From contig CAVVHE010000009.1 of the NCBI GenBank assembly GCA_963748015.1, forward strand, positions 1 through 64,000: a stretch of DNA of 64,000 nucleotides, given 5' to 3'. Source of the stretch: Terriglobia bacterium. Lineage in GTDB: Bacteria > Acidobacteriota > Polarisedimenticolia > Polarisedimenticolales > JAIQFR01. The position numbers and the translations under genes were made by a program. Below the pieces are notes generated by a model. It was not told the DNA's origin. It did not search any database and saw only the letters and a list, made by a program, of their open reading frames with translations. Positions 41,154 through 50,234 of this stretch are shown one piece after another. Within the stretch, counting starts at the first letter, position 1, and the number at the start of each line of letters is the position of its first letter.

Positions 41154-42113
41154 TCAGCGCCCGGGACCGAAGACGACCGCTGCGGCCGTGCCGCCTCGAG
41201 CCCGGCGCTCCACGATGGCGGCGGGCGCGTCTCCCGCCGCGATCCGGTCCACGGCCAGGATCCCGCGGAGCACGCCATCGGCCATGATCCAGCCGATTCG
41301 CTTCGAGACCTCCTCGGGCCCGACCGAAGGAACCCCCTCGGCCAACGCGGAGGGAATCCCCGCCATGGAGAACGCGAGCTCCCGGGCGCGGAGCAGAACC
41401 TCGGTAGAGGAAAGCCTCAACGCCGGAGCGGCGAGGGGCGCGCCCGCCATCCCGTGACCGATCAACGATCCGAGGATTCGCGCGCCGCGCCGCTCGGCGG
41501 ACTCCCGTGTTTCGAGAACCAGCGCGGCCGCAGCCTCCCCCGCCCGTTTCCCCGGCGCGAGGCGGCCCAGCAGTTGTTCGAGCTCTTCGCACGCGGCGTC
41601 TCCCGCCGCGACCATGACCGCGTCCACCGCTCCCTGGCGCAGGAGGAGCTCCGCGACCATCAGCGCGCTCTCCCCCGAGATCTCGCGCTGCGTGACCGTC
41701 AGCGACGGACCTCGGCAGCCGAGCGTCATCGCGGCGTGGGCGGCGGGGGAGCTGTCCATGGAATCGGGGAAGCCCATGGCGTCCGCGTAGGCGAGGCCGG
41801 CCCTCGCAATGCCCCGAAGGTAGGTCTCCGTCTTCTCGAGACAACCGAGACCGGTACCGATCACCAGTCCGGCTCGGTCGCCGTCGATCTCCTTCCAGCC
41901 CGCCTGATCGGCCGCTTCGAGGCAAGCGGCCAGCAGGAGCTGGGAGAGACGGTCGAGGCGCCGCCGCTGGTTGGGGGAGAGCCGCGAGCCGAAGTCGAAT
42001 GCCGCGCGGAACGCCGCGGGCCCTTCTCCTCGGAGCGCCGCGAGCGCCTCCGGCGCGCTGGCCCCGGCGGGACAGACGATGCCTGCTCCCGTGACGACGG
42101 GCGGCGGGCTCAT
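41154..42113 (-). CDS. ketosynthase-like chain length factor (non-catalytic)
   Basis: RRLDRLSQ, KS N-terminal fold; TVTQREISG where active KS has TACASG; ATG at 42113 overlaps KS stop. Confidence 0.8.
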   Translation of the reverse strand: MSPPPVVTGAGIVCPAGASAPEALAALRGEGPAAFRAAFDFGSRLSPNQRRRLDRLSQLLLAACLEAADQAGWKEIDGDRAGLVIGTGLGCLEKTETYLRGIARAGLAYADAMGFPDSMDSSPAAHAAMTLGCRGPSLTVTQREISGESALMVAELLLRQGAVDAVMVAAGDAACEELEQLLGRLAPGKRAGEAAAALVLETRESAERRGARILGSLIGHGMAGAPLAAPALRLSSTEVLLRARELAFSMAGIPSALAEGVPSVGPEEVSKRIGWIMADGVLRGILAVDRIAAGDAPAAIVERRARGGTAAAVVFGPGR

Positions 42114-43324
42114 GGATGGTCCCACCTGCCCAGGCAGAGCACGGCGTTCGCGCCTCCGAAGCCGAACGAGTTCGACAGGACCACCCGCGCGTCGTGCCGC
42201 CTGGCCTCGCCCCTCACGACGTCGAGTCCGAGCGCCGTATCGGGCTCGCGGCAGCCGGTGGTCGGGGGAATGAGCCCTGTCCGGAGCGTCTGCACCGCCG
42301 CGATCGCCTCGATCGCTCCGGCCGCGCCGAGCGTGTGCCCGATGCTCCCCTTGAGCGAGGTGACCGGACAGCGTTCCGCGCGCTCGCCGAGCACGGCCCT
42401 CAAGGCTGCCGCCTCGGCGGCGTCGTTCAGCGGGGTCCCGGTGCCGTGCGCATTCACGTGATCCACCGCCCCGGGCGCGACGTCCGATCGCGCGAGCGCC
42501 GCGAGGATGGCCCGAGCGGCGCCGGCGCCGTCCGGGAGGGGTGCAGTCAGGTGGTGCGCGTCGGTGGTCTGCGCCCCGCCGAGAAGGACTGCCAGGACCT
42601 CCGCGCCGCGCGCCGTGGCCCCCGACTCTCGCTCGAGGATCAGCATCCCCGCGCCTTCGCCCAGCGAGAGGCCGTTGCGATTCCGATCGAACGGCCTGCA
42701 CGGCTCGGAGTCCACCACGCGCAAGGAGTGAAAGCCGCTGAGGACCAGACGGGCCAGCGCGTCGGCCCCCCCGGCGAGCACCACGTCCGCGAGCCCGCCT
42801 CGAATCAGCTCGGCGCCGAGAAGGATCGCCGAGGAGCCGGACGCGCAGGCGGTGTGGAGCGTCAGGCGGGGCCCCTCGAACCCGAATCGTGCCGCAAGCA
42901 GGTCCGCGGTCCCGGCCTTCTCGAACACCATGATCGCCGAGCGGCGCCCCGTCCGGCCTCGCGCACGCGCCTCGACGTATTCCTCGGACTCGGACACGCC
43001 GCCTGTCGTGGTCCCCACCACCACGCCGACGCGCCGGCGATCGCCAACCTCGGGGAGACCCGCTTGGCGCACCGCCTCAAGCGCGGCCGCCAGGGCGAGA
43101 CGATCCGTCCGCGAGGACACGCCCGCGTGGCCCGCGCGCGGAAGCGCCTCCTCGATCGCGGCGGCTATTCGGTCGGTTTCCTCGCCGAACCGGGCGTCGA
43201 GGCGACGGATCCCGCACCGCCCGGCGACGAGACCCTCCCACGAGGATCGAACGTCGCATCCCAGCGCGTTAAGGGTGCCGCAGCCCGTGATGACGACGCG
43301 AGACCGCCAATCCATGTCGGTCAT
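42110..43324 (-). CDS. beta-ketoacyl-ACP synthase (FabF-like KS)
   Basis: TACASG, DAHHLTAP, NAHGTGT, GHTLGAAG, SNSFGFGG. Confidence 0.93.
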   Translation of the reverse strand: MTDMDWRSRVVITGCGTLNALGCDVRSSWEGLVAGRCGIRRLDARFGEETDRIAAAIEEALPRAGHAGVSSRTDRLALAAALEAVRQAGLPEVGDRRRVGVVVGTTTGGVSESEEYVEARARGRTGRRSAIMVFEKAGTADLLAARFGFEGPRLTLHTACASGSSAILLGAELIRGGLADVVLAGGADALARLVLSGFHSLRVVDSEPCRPFDRNRNGLSLGEGAGMLILERESGATARGAEVLAVLLGGAQTTDAHHLTAPLPDGAGAARAILAALARSDVAPGAVDHVNAHGTGTPLNDAAEAAALRAVLGERAERCPVTSLKGSIGHTLGAAGAIEAIAAVQTLRTGLIPPTTGCREPDTALGLDVVRGEARRHDARVVLSNSFGFGGANAVLCLGRWDHP

Positions 43325-43614
43325 GCACGAGCGGATCCCGGAGCGCCGCCGCTGCTCCTCCGCTCGCGCACGAAGCCCGCGAGCGTGGAGATCGACTGGA
43401 ACGCCTCCCGACCCGTCTTCTCGTCCCTGAGCTTGAACCCGAACCGCTCTTCCACCGCCAGCGTGAGCTCGAGAATGTCGATGGAATCGAGTCCCAAGGG
43501 TCCGCCGACGAGGGGATCTTCATCTCCGATCGAGTCCGGCGAAACGCCTGGAATGCGCAGCCTCTCCACCAGGAGATGCTTCAATTCCTGTTTCAACGGG
43601 CCGTCATCGATCAT
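43321..43614 (-). CDS. acyl carrier protein
   Basis: LGLDSIDILEL phosphopantetheine motif. Confidence 0.92.
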   Translation of the reverse strand: MIDDGPLKQELKHLLVERLRIPGVSPDSIGDEDPLVGGPLGLDSIDILELTLAVEERFGFKLRDEKTGREAFQSISTLAGFVRERRSSGGAPGSARA

Positions 43615-43620
43615 GCGTTC

Positions 43621-43629
43621 ATGTTAGCA
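43621..43629 (-). promoter_or_regulatory. extended -10 promoter, probably leaderless, for ACP-KS-CLF-GT operon
   Basis: Minus strand TGCTAACAT 6 nt before the ACP ATG. Confidence 0.45.
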
Positions 43630-43661
43630 CGCGGAACGCGCGGCGAGCCGGGCGGGACGGG

Positions 43662-44579
43662 TCACCGCCGCGGGCGTTCGGTGCCGCGCTGCGGCCAGAG
43701 GTCGTAGAAGTTGAACCACTGCTCCGGATAGCGCTGGACGACTCGCTCGAGCTGCCTTGCGTATTCGGAAACGCCCGCGACGATGTCGGCGTACCGGTCC
43801 GCGGTGCGCGGAAACACCACCGGCTCGCCGATCTCGCTGTGCCAGCGCCACCATCCCTCCTGCAGGACGAACGCCGGGATCAGCGCCGCCTCGCAGCCGT
43901 ACGCCAGGAGGAAGGGACCCAGTGGAAAACGGAACGGCGCCCCGAACAGGTCGACCTCGACCGCGCGCTCGTCCCATGCGCGGTCGCCCTGCATCGCCAC
44001 GATCTCGTTTCTGGCGAGCGCCGAGCGGAGCGCGATCGCGCTTCCCGCGTCGTGCCCGACCTGCAGGACCCGCACGCCCCAGCTCCTCCGCACGCGATTC
44101 AGCCACCGCTCCGGGGCGTTCCGACGCTCGAGCCGCATGGCCACGTGGACAGGCCGTCCTGTCGACCGGAGCGCGCGCGTTCCGACCTCCCAGTTGCCGA
44201 GGTGCGCGGTGAGGACCACAGCGCCGTTGCGGCGGTCGAGGGCGGCGCGGAACCGGTTCTCTCCCGTGGGGTCGCGTGCGAGGCTTTCTTCCAGGGCCTC
44301 CGGAGTCGTGGTGGAAAGCTCGCAGTAGCTCACCATGAACCGGCTGTAGTTGTAGAAGAGGCTCCAGACCGCGCGGCGCAGGCGCCAGCCGCCCCGGCCC
44401 AGCACGCGGCGAAGATTGCGGCTCGCGGCCTCCCGTTCCGGCTTCATGGCGGAGATGCAGATCGCCGTGGTCACGACGCCGATCGGAGGAACCAGAATCC
44501 GGGGCACGCGCGGGATGATGGTGAGGATCAGGCGCAAGGAGGTCGTCGTGTTCCAGCCGTGGGTGTACCACCGGCTCAT
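43662..44579 (-). CDS. lysophospholipid/lipid A lauroyl-type acyltransferase
   Basis: TAHLGNWE, MQGDR, YPEQWFNFY. Confidence 0.88.
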   Translation of the reverse strand: MSRWYTHGWNTTTSLRLILTIIPRVPRILVPPIGVVTTAICISAMKPEREAASRNLRRVLGRGGWRLRRAVWSLFYNYSRFMVSYCELSTTTPEALEESLARDPTGENRFRAALDRRNGAVVLTAHLGNWEVGTRALRSTGRPVHVAMRLERRNAPERWLNRVRRSWGVRVLQVGHDAGSAIALRSALARNEIVAMQGDRAWDERAVEVDLFGAPFRFPLGPFLLAYGCEAALIPAFVLQEGWWRWHSEIGEPVVFPRTADRYADIVAGVSEYARQLERVVQRYPEQWFNFYDLWPQRGTERPRR

Positions 44580-45355
44580 TCCCGCACCCCCGCCTCCGGG
44601 GAGAACATCGCAGGATCGAGGGCGGAGGGCTGGTACCGGAGGAAATCGAGGACGGTCACCTCCCCCCGCTCGTGGGCGAGGAGGTGCCGGATCTCCATCC
44701 GCGCGAGGACCATCCGGCTCCCTTCGCGGCGATAAACGCTGAAGAGGAGATCCTTCGCCTCCTTGCCGGAGCGCAAGCCAAGGCGAAGGCGTCGAGGAAG
44801 CCGATCCTCCCGGCCGACCCACAGGGTGCCGGCCGCGTAGGACGCCCTCGCGCTCCTGGCCTTCAAATCCAGGACCCAGCAGGGAGTGGCGTCCACGGAT
44901 TCCACGCCGTCTCTCACGGTCCCGTCGAATTCGTCGGCCAGGCGCATCCGGGCCAGGTCGGTCACCGAAGCGCCCCCGAGGAGCCGCTGGTTGGCGCTGA
45001 CCGCGATGGGCCGCTTCGAGCCCGGGACGATCAACCACACCCGGTCCCCGACCACGAGCACCTTTCTTCCCTTCTGCTTGCCCTCGCGGAAAACACAGAG
45101 GGTGCGGTCGAGGCCCTGGACGTACACGTCCAGCTCGGACTCGACGGGGTTCCCGTCCCGCCCGCGGACGAGCGCGTGCACCGAGATGACGCCCTCTTCG
45201 ACGACGTGCCGCGATTCATCCGCGGCGCGGAGCAGCTCCCGGGCGGAGACTTCCTCCGCCGACGGCCGGCCGAATCCCGCAGCGAGGACGAGGACGAGCG
45301 AGGCCTCGAGTCCGCGCCGCGCATACCGGCGCCGGCCTTCGGCACCTTCAGACAT
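44576..45355 (-). CDS. outer membrane lipoprotein-sorting (LolA-like) protein
   Basis: Signal peptide, KGRKVL..VWL..RPIAVS..QRLLG, C-terminal MFSP pattern. Confidence 0.75.
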   Translation of the reverse strand: MSEGAEGRRRYARRGLEASLVLVLAAGFGRPSAEEVSARELLRAADESRHVVEEGVISVHALVRGRDGNPVESELDVYVQGLDRTLCVFREGKQKGRKVLVVGDRVWLIVPGSKRPIAVSANQRLLGGASVTDLARMRLADEFDGTVRDGVESVDATPCWVLDLKARSARASYAAGTLWVGREDRLPRRLRLGLRSGKEAKDLLFSVYRREGSRMVLARMEIRHLLAHERGEVTVLDFLRYQPSALDPAMFSPEAGVRE

Positions 45356-46574
45356 GGGTCAGCGCCTCCACGATCGGCAGTCTCGAGGCCCGGCGCGCCG
45401 GAAAGTACGACGCGAGCATCACGGTGGAGAACATGGCGACGGCTCCCGCGACGTAGGCAACCGCGAAGAACTGCACGTGGAGGGGCGAGCCGTGGGCCGC
45501 GCCGGGTGGGGGCGGGAGCATGATCCCCGAGTGATTCAGGGCGAAACGGACGACGACCGATAGCACCGCACCGGCGGCGCAGCCGACCGCCGCCAGGAAG
45601 AAGCCCTCGAGGAGGAACAGCCGCCGGATCAGGCCCGGCCGCGTACCGAGGGCGCGAAGCGTTCCGATCTCGCGCGTCCTCTCCGCCGCCGCCATCAGCA
45701 TCGTGTTCGCGGCGGCGAGGAGAACGACGATCACGAGGACGAGGCCCATGAACCCGAAGATGCCGAAGTACAGCAGGCGGACCTGGCGGTAGAAGACCGC
45801 CAGCTCCTCCCAGGTCCGTCCGGCGAGCTCGATCCCCTCGCGACGGAGGAGCTGCCGCAGCCTCCCGACCGCTTCCGAGGAGTCGCCGGCGGACCGGAGC
45901 ATGACGACGATCCTCGAGACGCGGTCCGACGTTCCCATCAGCTCCCCCGCGAGGAGGAGCGACGTGGCCAGATAGCGATCGCTCAGTTCCCGGATCGGGA
46001 TGTCGACCCGCCCAACGACGGTCGCATCGACGGCGTTCAGCACGCCGTCCGCGGAGGTCGCCAGCAGCGTCACGCTGTCCCCCTCCGTCACGGATAGCGC
46101 CCGCGCCAGGCCGACCCCGAGGACGACGCCCCGCTCGTTTCGGTCCTTGAGCCAGCGGCCGGATCGGAGGAGGTCGGGGTAGTCCATCGTGCGCGCTTCT
46201 GGGGCGGGGTCGAGTCCCACGCCGAGGAACGGGACCGATCGTCCGCCCCCGGTCAGCAGCCCGACGAAATCGACCCTCGGGAGCACCTCGACGACCGCTG
46301 GATCGCGTCTCAAGATCCTCTCGATCCGATCGGCGCGGTCGAGCCCGTGCTCGAGCGACCCCTCGCCGTAGCCGTCGAATTCCGCCGGATCGGCCAGCTG
46401 GACGTGCCCCAACCCGCTCCGAATCGTCCCCTCGCGCAGGCCCTCCAGGCTCTGCGCCATGAAGCCGCCCGCCAGCGCGAACGCGGCGAATCCGAAGACG
46501 ACGACGCCGGCCGTGAGAAGACTCCGGCGCCGGTTGCGGGTCACGTTGCGAGCGGCCAGGTGCCAAAGCGTCAT
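45348..46574 (-). CDS. ABC transporter permease (LolE/FtsX family)
   Basis: RNVTRNRRRS, ERTREIGTLRALG, PARRASRL. Confidence 0.9.
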   Translation of the reverse strand: MTLWHLAARNVTRNRRRSLLTAGVVVFGFAAFALAGGFMAQSLEGLREGTIRSGLGHVQLADPAEFDGYGEGSLEHGLDRADRIERILRRDPAVVEVLPRVDFVGLLTGGGRSVPFLGVGLDPAPEARTMDYPDLLRSGRWLKDRNERGVVLGVGLARALSVTEGDSVTLLATSADGVLNAVDATVVGRVDIPIRELSDRYLATSLLLAGELMGTSDRVSRIVVMLRSAGDSSEAVGRLRQLLRREGIELAGRTWEELAVFYRQVRLLYFGIFGFMGLVLVIVVLLAAANTMLMAAAERTREIGTLRALGTRPGLIRRLFLLEGFFLAAVGCAAGAVLSVVVRFALNHSGIMLPPPPGAAHGSPLHVQFFAVAYVAGAVAMFSTVMLASYFPARRASRLPIVEALTHV

Positions 46575-47368
46575 TCGCTCTCCACGATGCACCCGTCGCG
46601 GAGGCTCACGACCCGGCGGGCCCTGGCGACTACCCTCGGATCGTGGGTCGCCACGACGAACGCCACCCCGCGCTCGCGATTGAGCCGGTCGACGAGCTCG
46701 AGGATCCCTTCGGACGTTCGCGTGTCGAGGCTGGCGGTGGGCTCGTCCGCCAGCACCACGTCCGGCTCGTTAGCCACGGCCCGGGCGATGGCGACTCGCT
46801 GACGCTCGCCGCCGGAAAGCAGATCCGGGCGGACGTTTTCCTTGCCTGCGAGTCCCACCTGGGCGAGCAGCTCGCGGGCCCGCCTCCGCCTCTCGGCCAC
46901 GGGCGCTCCGCGCAGCATCAAGGGGTATTCGACGTTCTCCGCGGTGGTGAACACCGGCATGAGATTGAAGGTCTGGAAGACGAAGCCGAGGCGGTCGCGG
47001 CGCAGGTCGGAGAGCGCGTTCTCGTCGAGCCCCTCGATCCGGCGGCCATCGAGGAGGACCTCGCCCTCGTCCGGCCGGTCGAGAAAGCCCAGCAGGTTCA
47101 TCAGGGTCGTTTTCCCGGAGCCGGAAGGCCCCTGCAGAACGAGAAACTCGCCGGGCCGGACCTCCAGGTCGATCCCCCTCACCGCGGGGAACACCGCGGC
47201 GCCCAGGCGGTAGCTCCTCACCAGCCCACGGCCTTCGAGAATGGCGGGACTCCCGGGACTCACGGATTGCCTCCGGACCGGAGCCGATGCGCATCCACCG
47301 GCGCCTCGCGGGATTATACCGGCCCACGCGGTCGCGACGGGGGCCGCTCCCGCCGCGGTCCACTTCAC
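46571..47368 (-). CDS. ABC transporter ATP-binding protein (LolD-like); start uncertain
   Basis: GPSGSGKT, LSGGERQRVAIARA, LADEPT. Confidence 0.92.
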   Translation of the reverse strand: MKWTAAGAAPVATAWAGIIPRGAGGCASAPVRRQSVSPGSPAILEGRGLVRSYRLGAAVFPAVRGIDLEVRPGEFLVLQGPSGSGKTTLMNLLGFLDRPDEGEVLLDGRRIEGLDENALSDLRRDRLGFVFQTFNLMPVFTTAENVEYPLMLRGAPVAERRRRARELLAQVGLAGKENVRPDLLSGGERQRVAIARAVANEPDVVLADEPTASLDTRTSEGILELVDRLNRERGVAFVVATHDPRVVARARRVVSLRDGCIVESE

Positions 47369-47495
47369 CCGTCAGCGCTTGCGGGTGTAGACTCTCGGCC
47401 GGGCGCGTGACCTCCTCGAAAAGAGACCGGCCGAGGTGTCCGACGAGATCAAGGGTGAGACGTAAAGCCGGCCTCGCGGCGAGGCGCTGACGTCG

Positions 47496-48578
47496 GTGCG
47501 CCCGCCTCTCGATCGGAATCCCTCCCGCGAAAACTCCCCGGCCCCGCTTCCGCGAGACTGGAGGCGCGCGGACCTTCACGTCCACACGAGCTTCTCGGGC
47601 TGGGGGTACATGCGGTGGATCGGTGCGCGAGACTGCTACGTGGCACCCGAGACGGCGTTCGAATTCGCGCGAGCGCGCGGCATGGACTTCGTCTGCTTCA
47701 CGGACCACAACTCGATCTCCGGCGGGCTCGACTTCCTGTCCCGGCGCCCCGAGGACGCGGATCGGGTCATCGTCGGCGAGGAGGTGGAAACCACGTTCCC
47801 GGGCTCTCCCCAGCGACTCCACGTGAGCGTGTTCGACGTGGACGAGAGACTCCACGAAGACATCGCTCGCCTGCGAGGCAACTGCTTCGAGCTGATCGAG
47901 CAGCTGCGCTCCCGGTGCGTCTTCTTCGCCCTGAACCACCCTCTTCGCGGGTTCCGGTCGATCCGATCCGCTCGCCGCCACCTCGCGCAGGTCGTTCCGC
48001 TGGTTCCCGCCATCGAGATCTGCAACGGGTCGGACCCGCGGAGCTACGCGGCGGTGCTGAGCGCGATGATCGATTCCGGCGGGGCGGACCCGAAGGTCCT
48101 GGTCGGAGGAAGCGACGCGCACCGCGCGTCGCGCATCGGGACCGTCCACACCCTGGCGCCCGGACGCTCGAAGTCGGAGTTCCTGGACAGCCTCCGCCAG
48201 GGGAGATGCGCTATCGGCGGGTCCCCGCCGGGACTCGGCCCTCTGGTCTGGGACGTTTACGCCATCATCGGCGAGTACTACCGACGCCTCCTTGCCGATC
48301 TTGGCTCGGCATCGTGGCGAGTGCGGATCCCGCATCTCCCCGGTGCGTCGGTACTCGTGCCTGCGGTCCTGGGCGGCGTGCCGGTCGCCCTCACGATCGC
48401 CCAGGCCCTGCGCCAGGAGTGGATCGCTCGGTTCGGCCGGTGGGATGAGCTCGCGTTCATCCCCCCGAGGTCGATCGAGGCTGCCGGAGGCGCGGAACCC
48501 GCCGACCGCTCCGCGGCGTTCGTCGCGGCGCCGGCGGCCGCGTGGATGCAAGATCCCGGGACTTCCGGTCACGATTAG
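47496..48578 (+). CDS. PHP-domain phosphoesterase
   Basis: DLHVHT, TDHN, GEE, NHP, EICNG, GGSDAH. Confidence 0.85.
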   Translation: MRPPLDRNPSRENSPAPLPRDWRRADLHVHTSFSGWGYMRWIGARDCYVAPETAFEFARARGMDFVCFTDHNSISGGLDFLSRRPEDADRVIVGEEVETTFPGSPQRLHVSVFDVDERLHEDIARLRGNCFELIEQLRSRCVFFALNHPLRGFRSIRSARRHLAQVVPLVPAIEICNGSDPRSYAAVLSAMIDSGGADPKVLVGGSDAHRASRIGTVHTLAPGRSKSEFLDSLRQGRCAIGGSPPGLGPLVWDVYAIIGEYYRRLLADLGSASWRVRIPHLPGASVLVPAVLGGVPVALTIAQALRQEWIARFGRWDELAFIPPRSIEAAGGAEPADRSAAFVAAPAAAWMQDPGTSGHD

Positions 48579-48608
48579 CTGCCGGGGAAGGGCCGAGAGG
48601 CCGAAGCC

Positions 48609-49514
48609 ATGGCACATCTCGATGCGAAACGGAAGAGAATCGTTTTCGCGGGAATCCTGCTGATGCTCTCCACCCTTGGCGCGCGCTCCGCCGGGGATCC
48701 GGGGCGCGGGCGCGCGGACGAGATCCTGATTCGCTCGCCTCTGATGCCGGACCCCGTGCCGGTGCGGGTGTGGCTGCCGCCCGGGATCGAGGCCGCCCGG
48801 CCCGGAACGGTGCCCCTGCTGGTGTTCCTCCACGACGGCTTCGGCTCGGAAAAGTCGTTCATCCGGAAGGGACTCGTGGAGCTCCTCGAGAAACTGATCG
48901 CGCGGGGCGAAGTGCCCCCGATCGCCGTGGCCTGCCCGAGAACGGTCGGCACGTACAACAGCAACGACCACGGGGGCCGGCGGCGCACCTTCGACTTCCT
49001 GACCGAGGCCGTCGTACCCGAGCTGCTCGCTCGTTACCCTGGGCTCAGGCGCGATCCGGGCGGTAGGGGCGTGACGGGGATCTCGCTGGGCGGTTACGGC
49101 GCGCTGAAGATCGCCCTTCGGCGTCCCGAGCTGTTCGGCTCGGCGTCGGCGCTTTCGCCCTGGGTCGAGGATCTCTCCTTCGAGTTCCAGATGAAACAAG
49201 GGGCGTTCGGCCGCTGGGCGCTGGGCCGTGTCTTCGGAAAGGAACCCAAGACGAGCACGATCTCGAGGGAATCGTTGTTCCGGATCGTCACCGAAACCAC
49301 GGGGCCCGGGAACGTCCCGCCGATGCTGCTGATCTCGGGAGATGCGGATCCCTGGGTCCTGAACGGCAATCTGGACCGGCTCGAGCGCGCGCTCTCCGCC
49401 GCCGGCGTCGCGTTCGAGACCATCCGCGGTCCCGGCGATCACGAGTGGCCCTTCTGGCGGGAGGCGTTCCCGCAGATCCTGCGCTTCCACGCCGCGCGAT
49501 TCGAGCCGCGCTAG
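48609..49514 (+). CDS. exported esterase (alpha/beta hydrolase)
   Basis: FLHD, GISLGG nucleophile, GDHEWPFW. Confidence 0.85.
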   Translation: MAHLDAKRKRIVFAGILLMLSTLGARSAGDPGRGRADEILIRSPLMPDPVPVRVWLPPGIEAARPGTVPLLVFLHDGFGSEKSFIRKGLVELLEKLIARGEVPPIAVACPRTVGTYNSNDHGGRRRTFDFLTEAVVPELLARYPGLRRDPGGRGVTGISLGGYGALKIALRRPELFGSASALSPWVEDLSFEFQMKQGAFGRWALGRVFGKEPKTSTISRESLFRIVTETTGPGNVPPMLLISGDADPWVLNGNLDRLERALSAAGVAFETIRGPGDHEWPFWREAFPQILRFHAARFEPR

Positions 49515-49560
49515 CCGCAGCTTCCGCCACCCTGAGCCCGGCCGGCCTCCGCCACGGGAG

Positions 49561-49586
49561 GGAACCTCCTTGGCCCCCCGTGCGTC
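49561..49586 (+). promoter_or_regulatory. ECF-type (autoregulatory) promoter
   Basis: GGAACC-N16-CGTC upstream of the ECF sigma gene. Confidence 0.6.
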
Positions 49587-49663
49587 ATTATGGGAGCCGG
49601 GGCCGAGGGGCGAGCCGGGAAGCGGCCACGGCGGATCGGACTCGAGGAACAGAGGAGCGGTTC

Positions 49664-50230
49664 TTGGCGGATATCGTCGCGCTCGTCGAGCGGTGCCGTA
49701 GAGGGGACGACCTCGCGTGGGAGGCGCTGGTGCGTTCGTGTCAATCGAGAGTCTACTCGGTCGCCCTCCACTACCTGAGGGACCGGGAGGAAGCGAAGGA
49801 CATCGCGCAGGACGTCTTCGTGCGGGTCTATCGAAACCTCGACTCGTTCGAGAACCGCGAGGAGAACTTCCTTCCCTGGCTGCTCTCCCTCACGCGAAAC
49901 GCCTCGATCGACCGCCTGAGACGAATGAAGGTGCGCCCCGCGGTGCCCGCGGTTTCCGTCGACGAAGGACCCGAGATCGCCGACGACCGCCCCACCCCCG
50001 AGCAGGCCGCGGTCGCCGCCCGCGAGGGACGGCTCGTGCGCCGCGCGATCGCCGAGCTGAACGACGACCACCGGGAGATGATCCTGCTCCACGAAATCCA
50101 GGGGCTCGAGCTGCGGCAGATCTCCGAGCTGCTCGCGCTGCCGATCGGCACGGTGAAGTCCCGGTCCATGCGGGCCCGTCTCGCGCTCGCGCGGACGGTG
50201 CTCGCCCTCGATCCCTCCTATGGAGCCTGA
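49664..50230 (+). CDS. ECF RNA polymerase sigma factor
   Basis: AKDIAQDVFVR, PWL..RN, PIGTVKSR; TTG start after GAGGAG. Confidence 0.9.
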   Translation: MADIVALVERCRRGDDLAWEALVRSCQSRVYSVALHYLRDREEAKDIAQDVFVRVYRNLDSFENREENFLPWLLSLTRNASIDRLRRMKVRPAVPAVSVDEGPEIADDRPTPEQAAVAAREGRLVRRAIAELNDDHREMILLHEIQGLELRQISELLALPIGTVKSRSMRARLALARTVLALDPSYGA

Positions 50231-50234
50231 CGCG

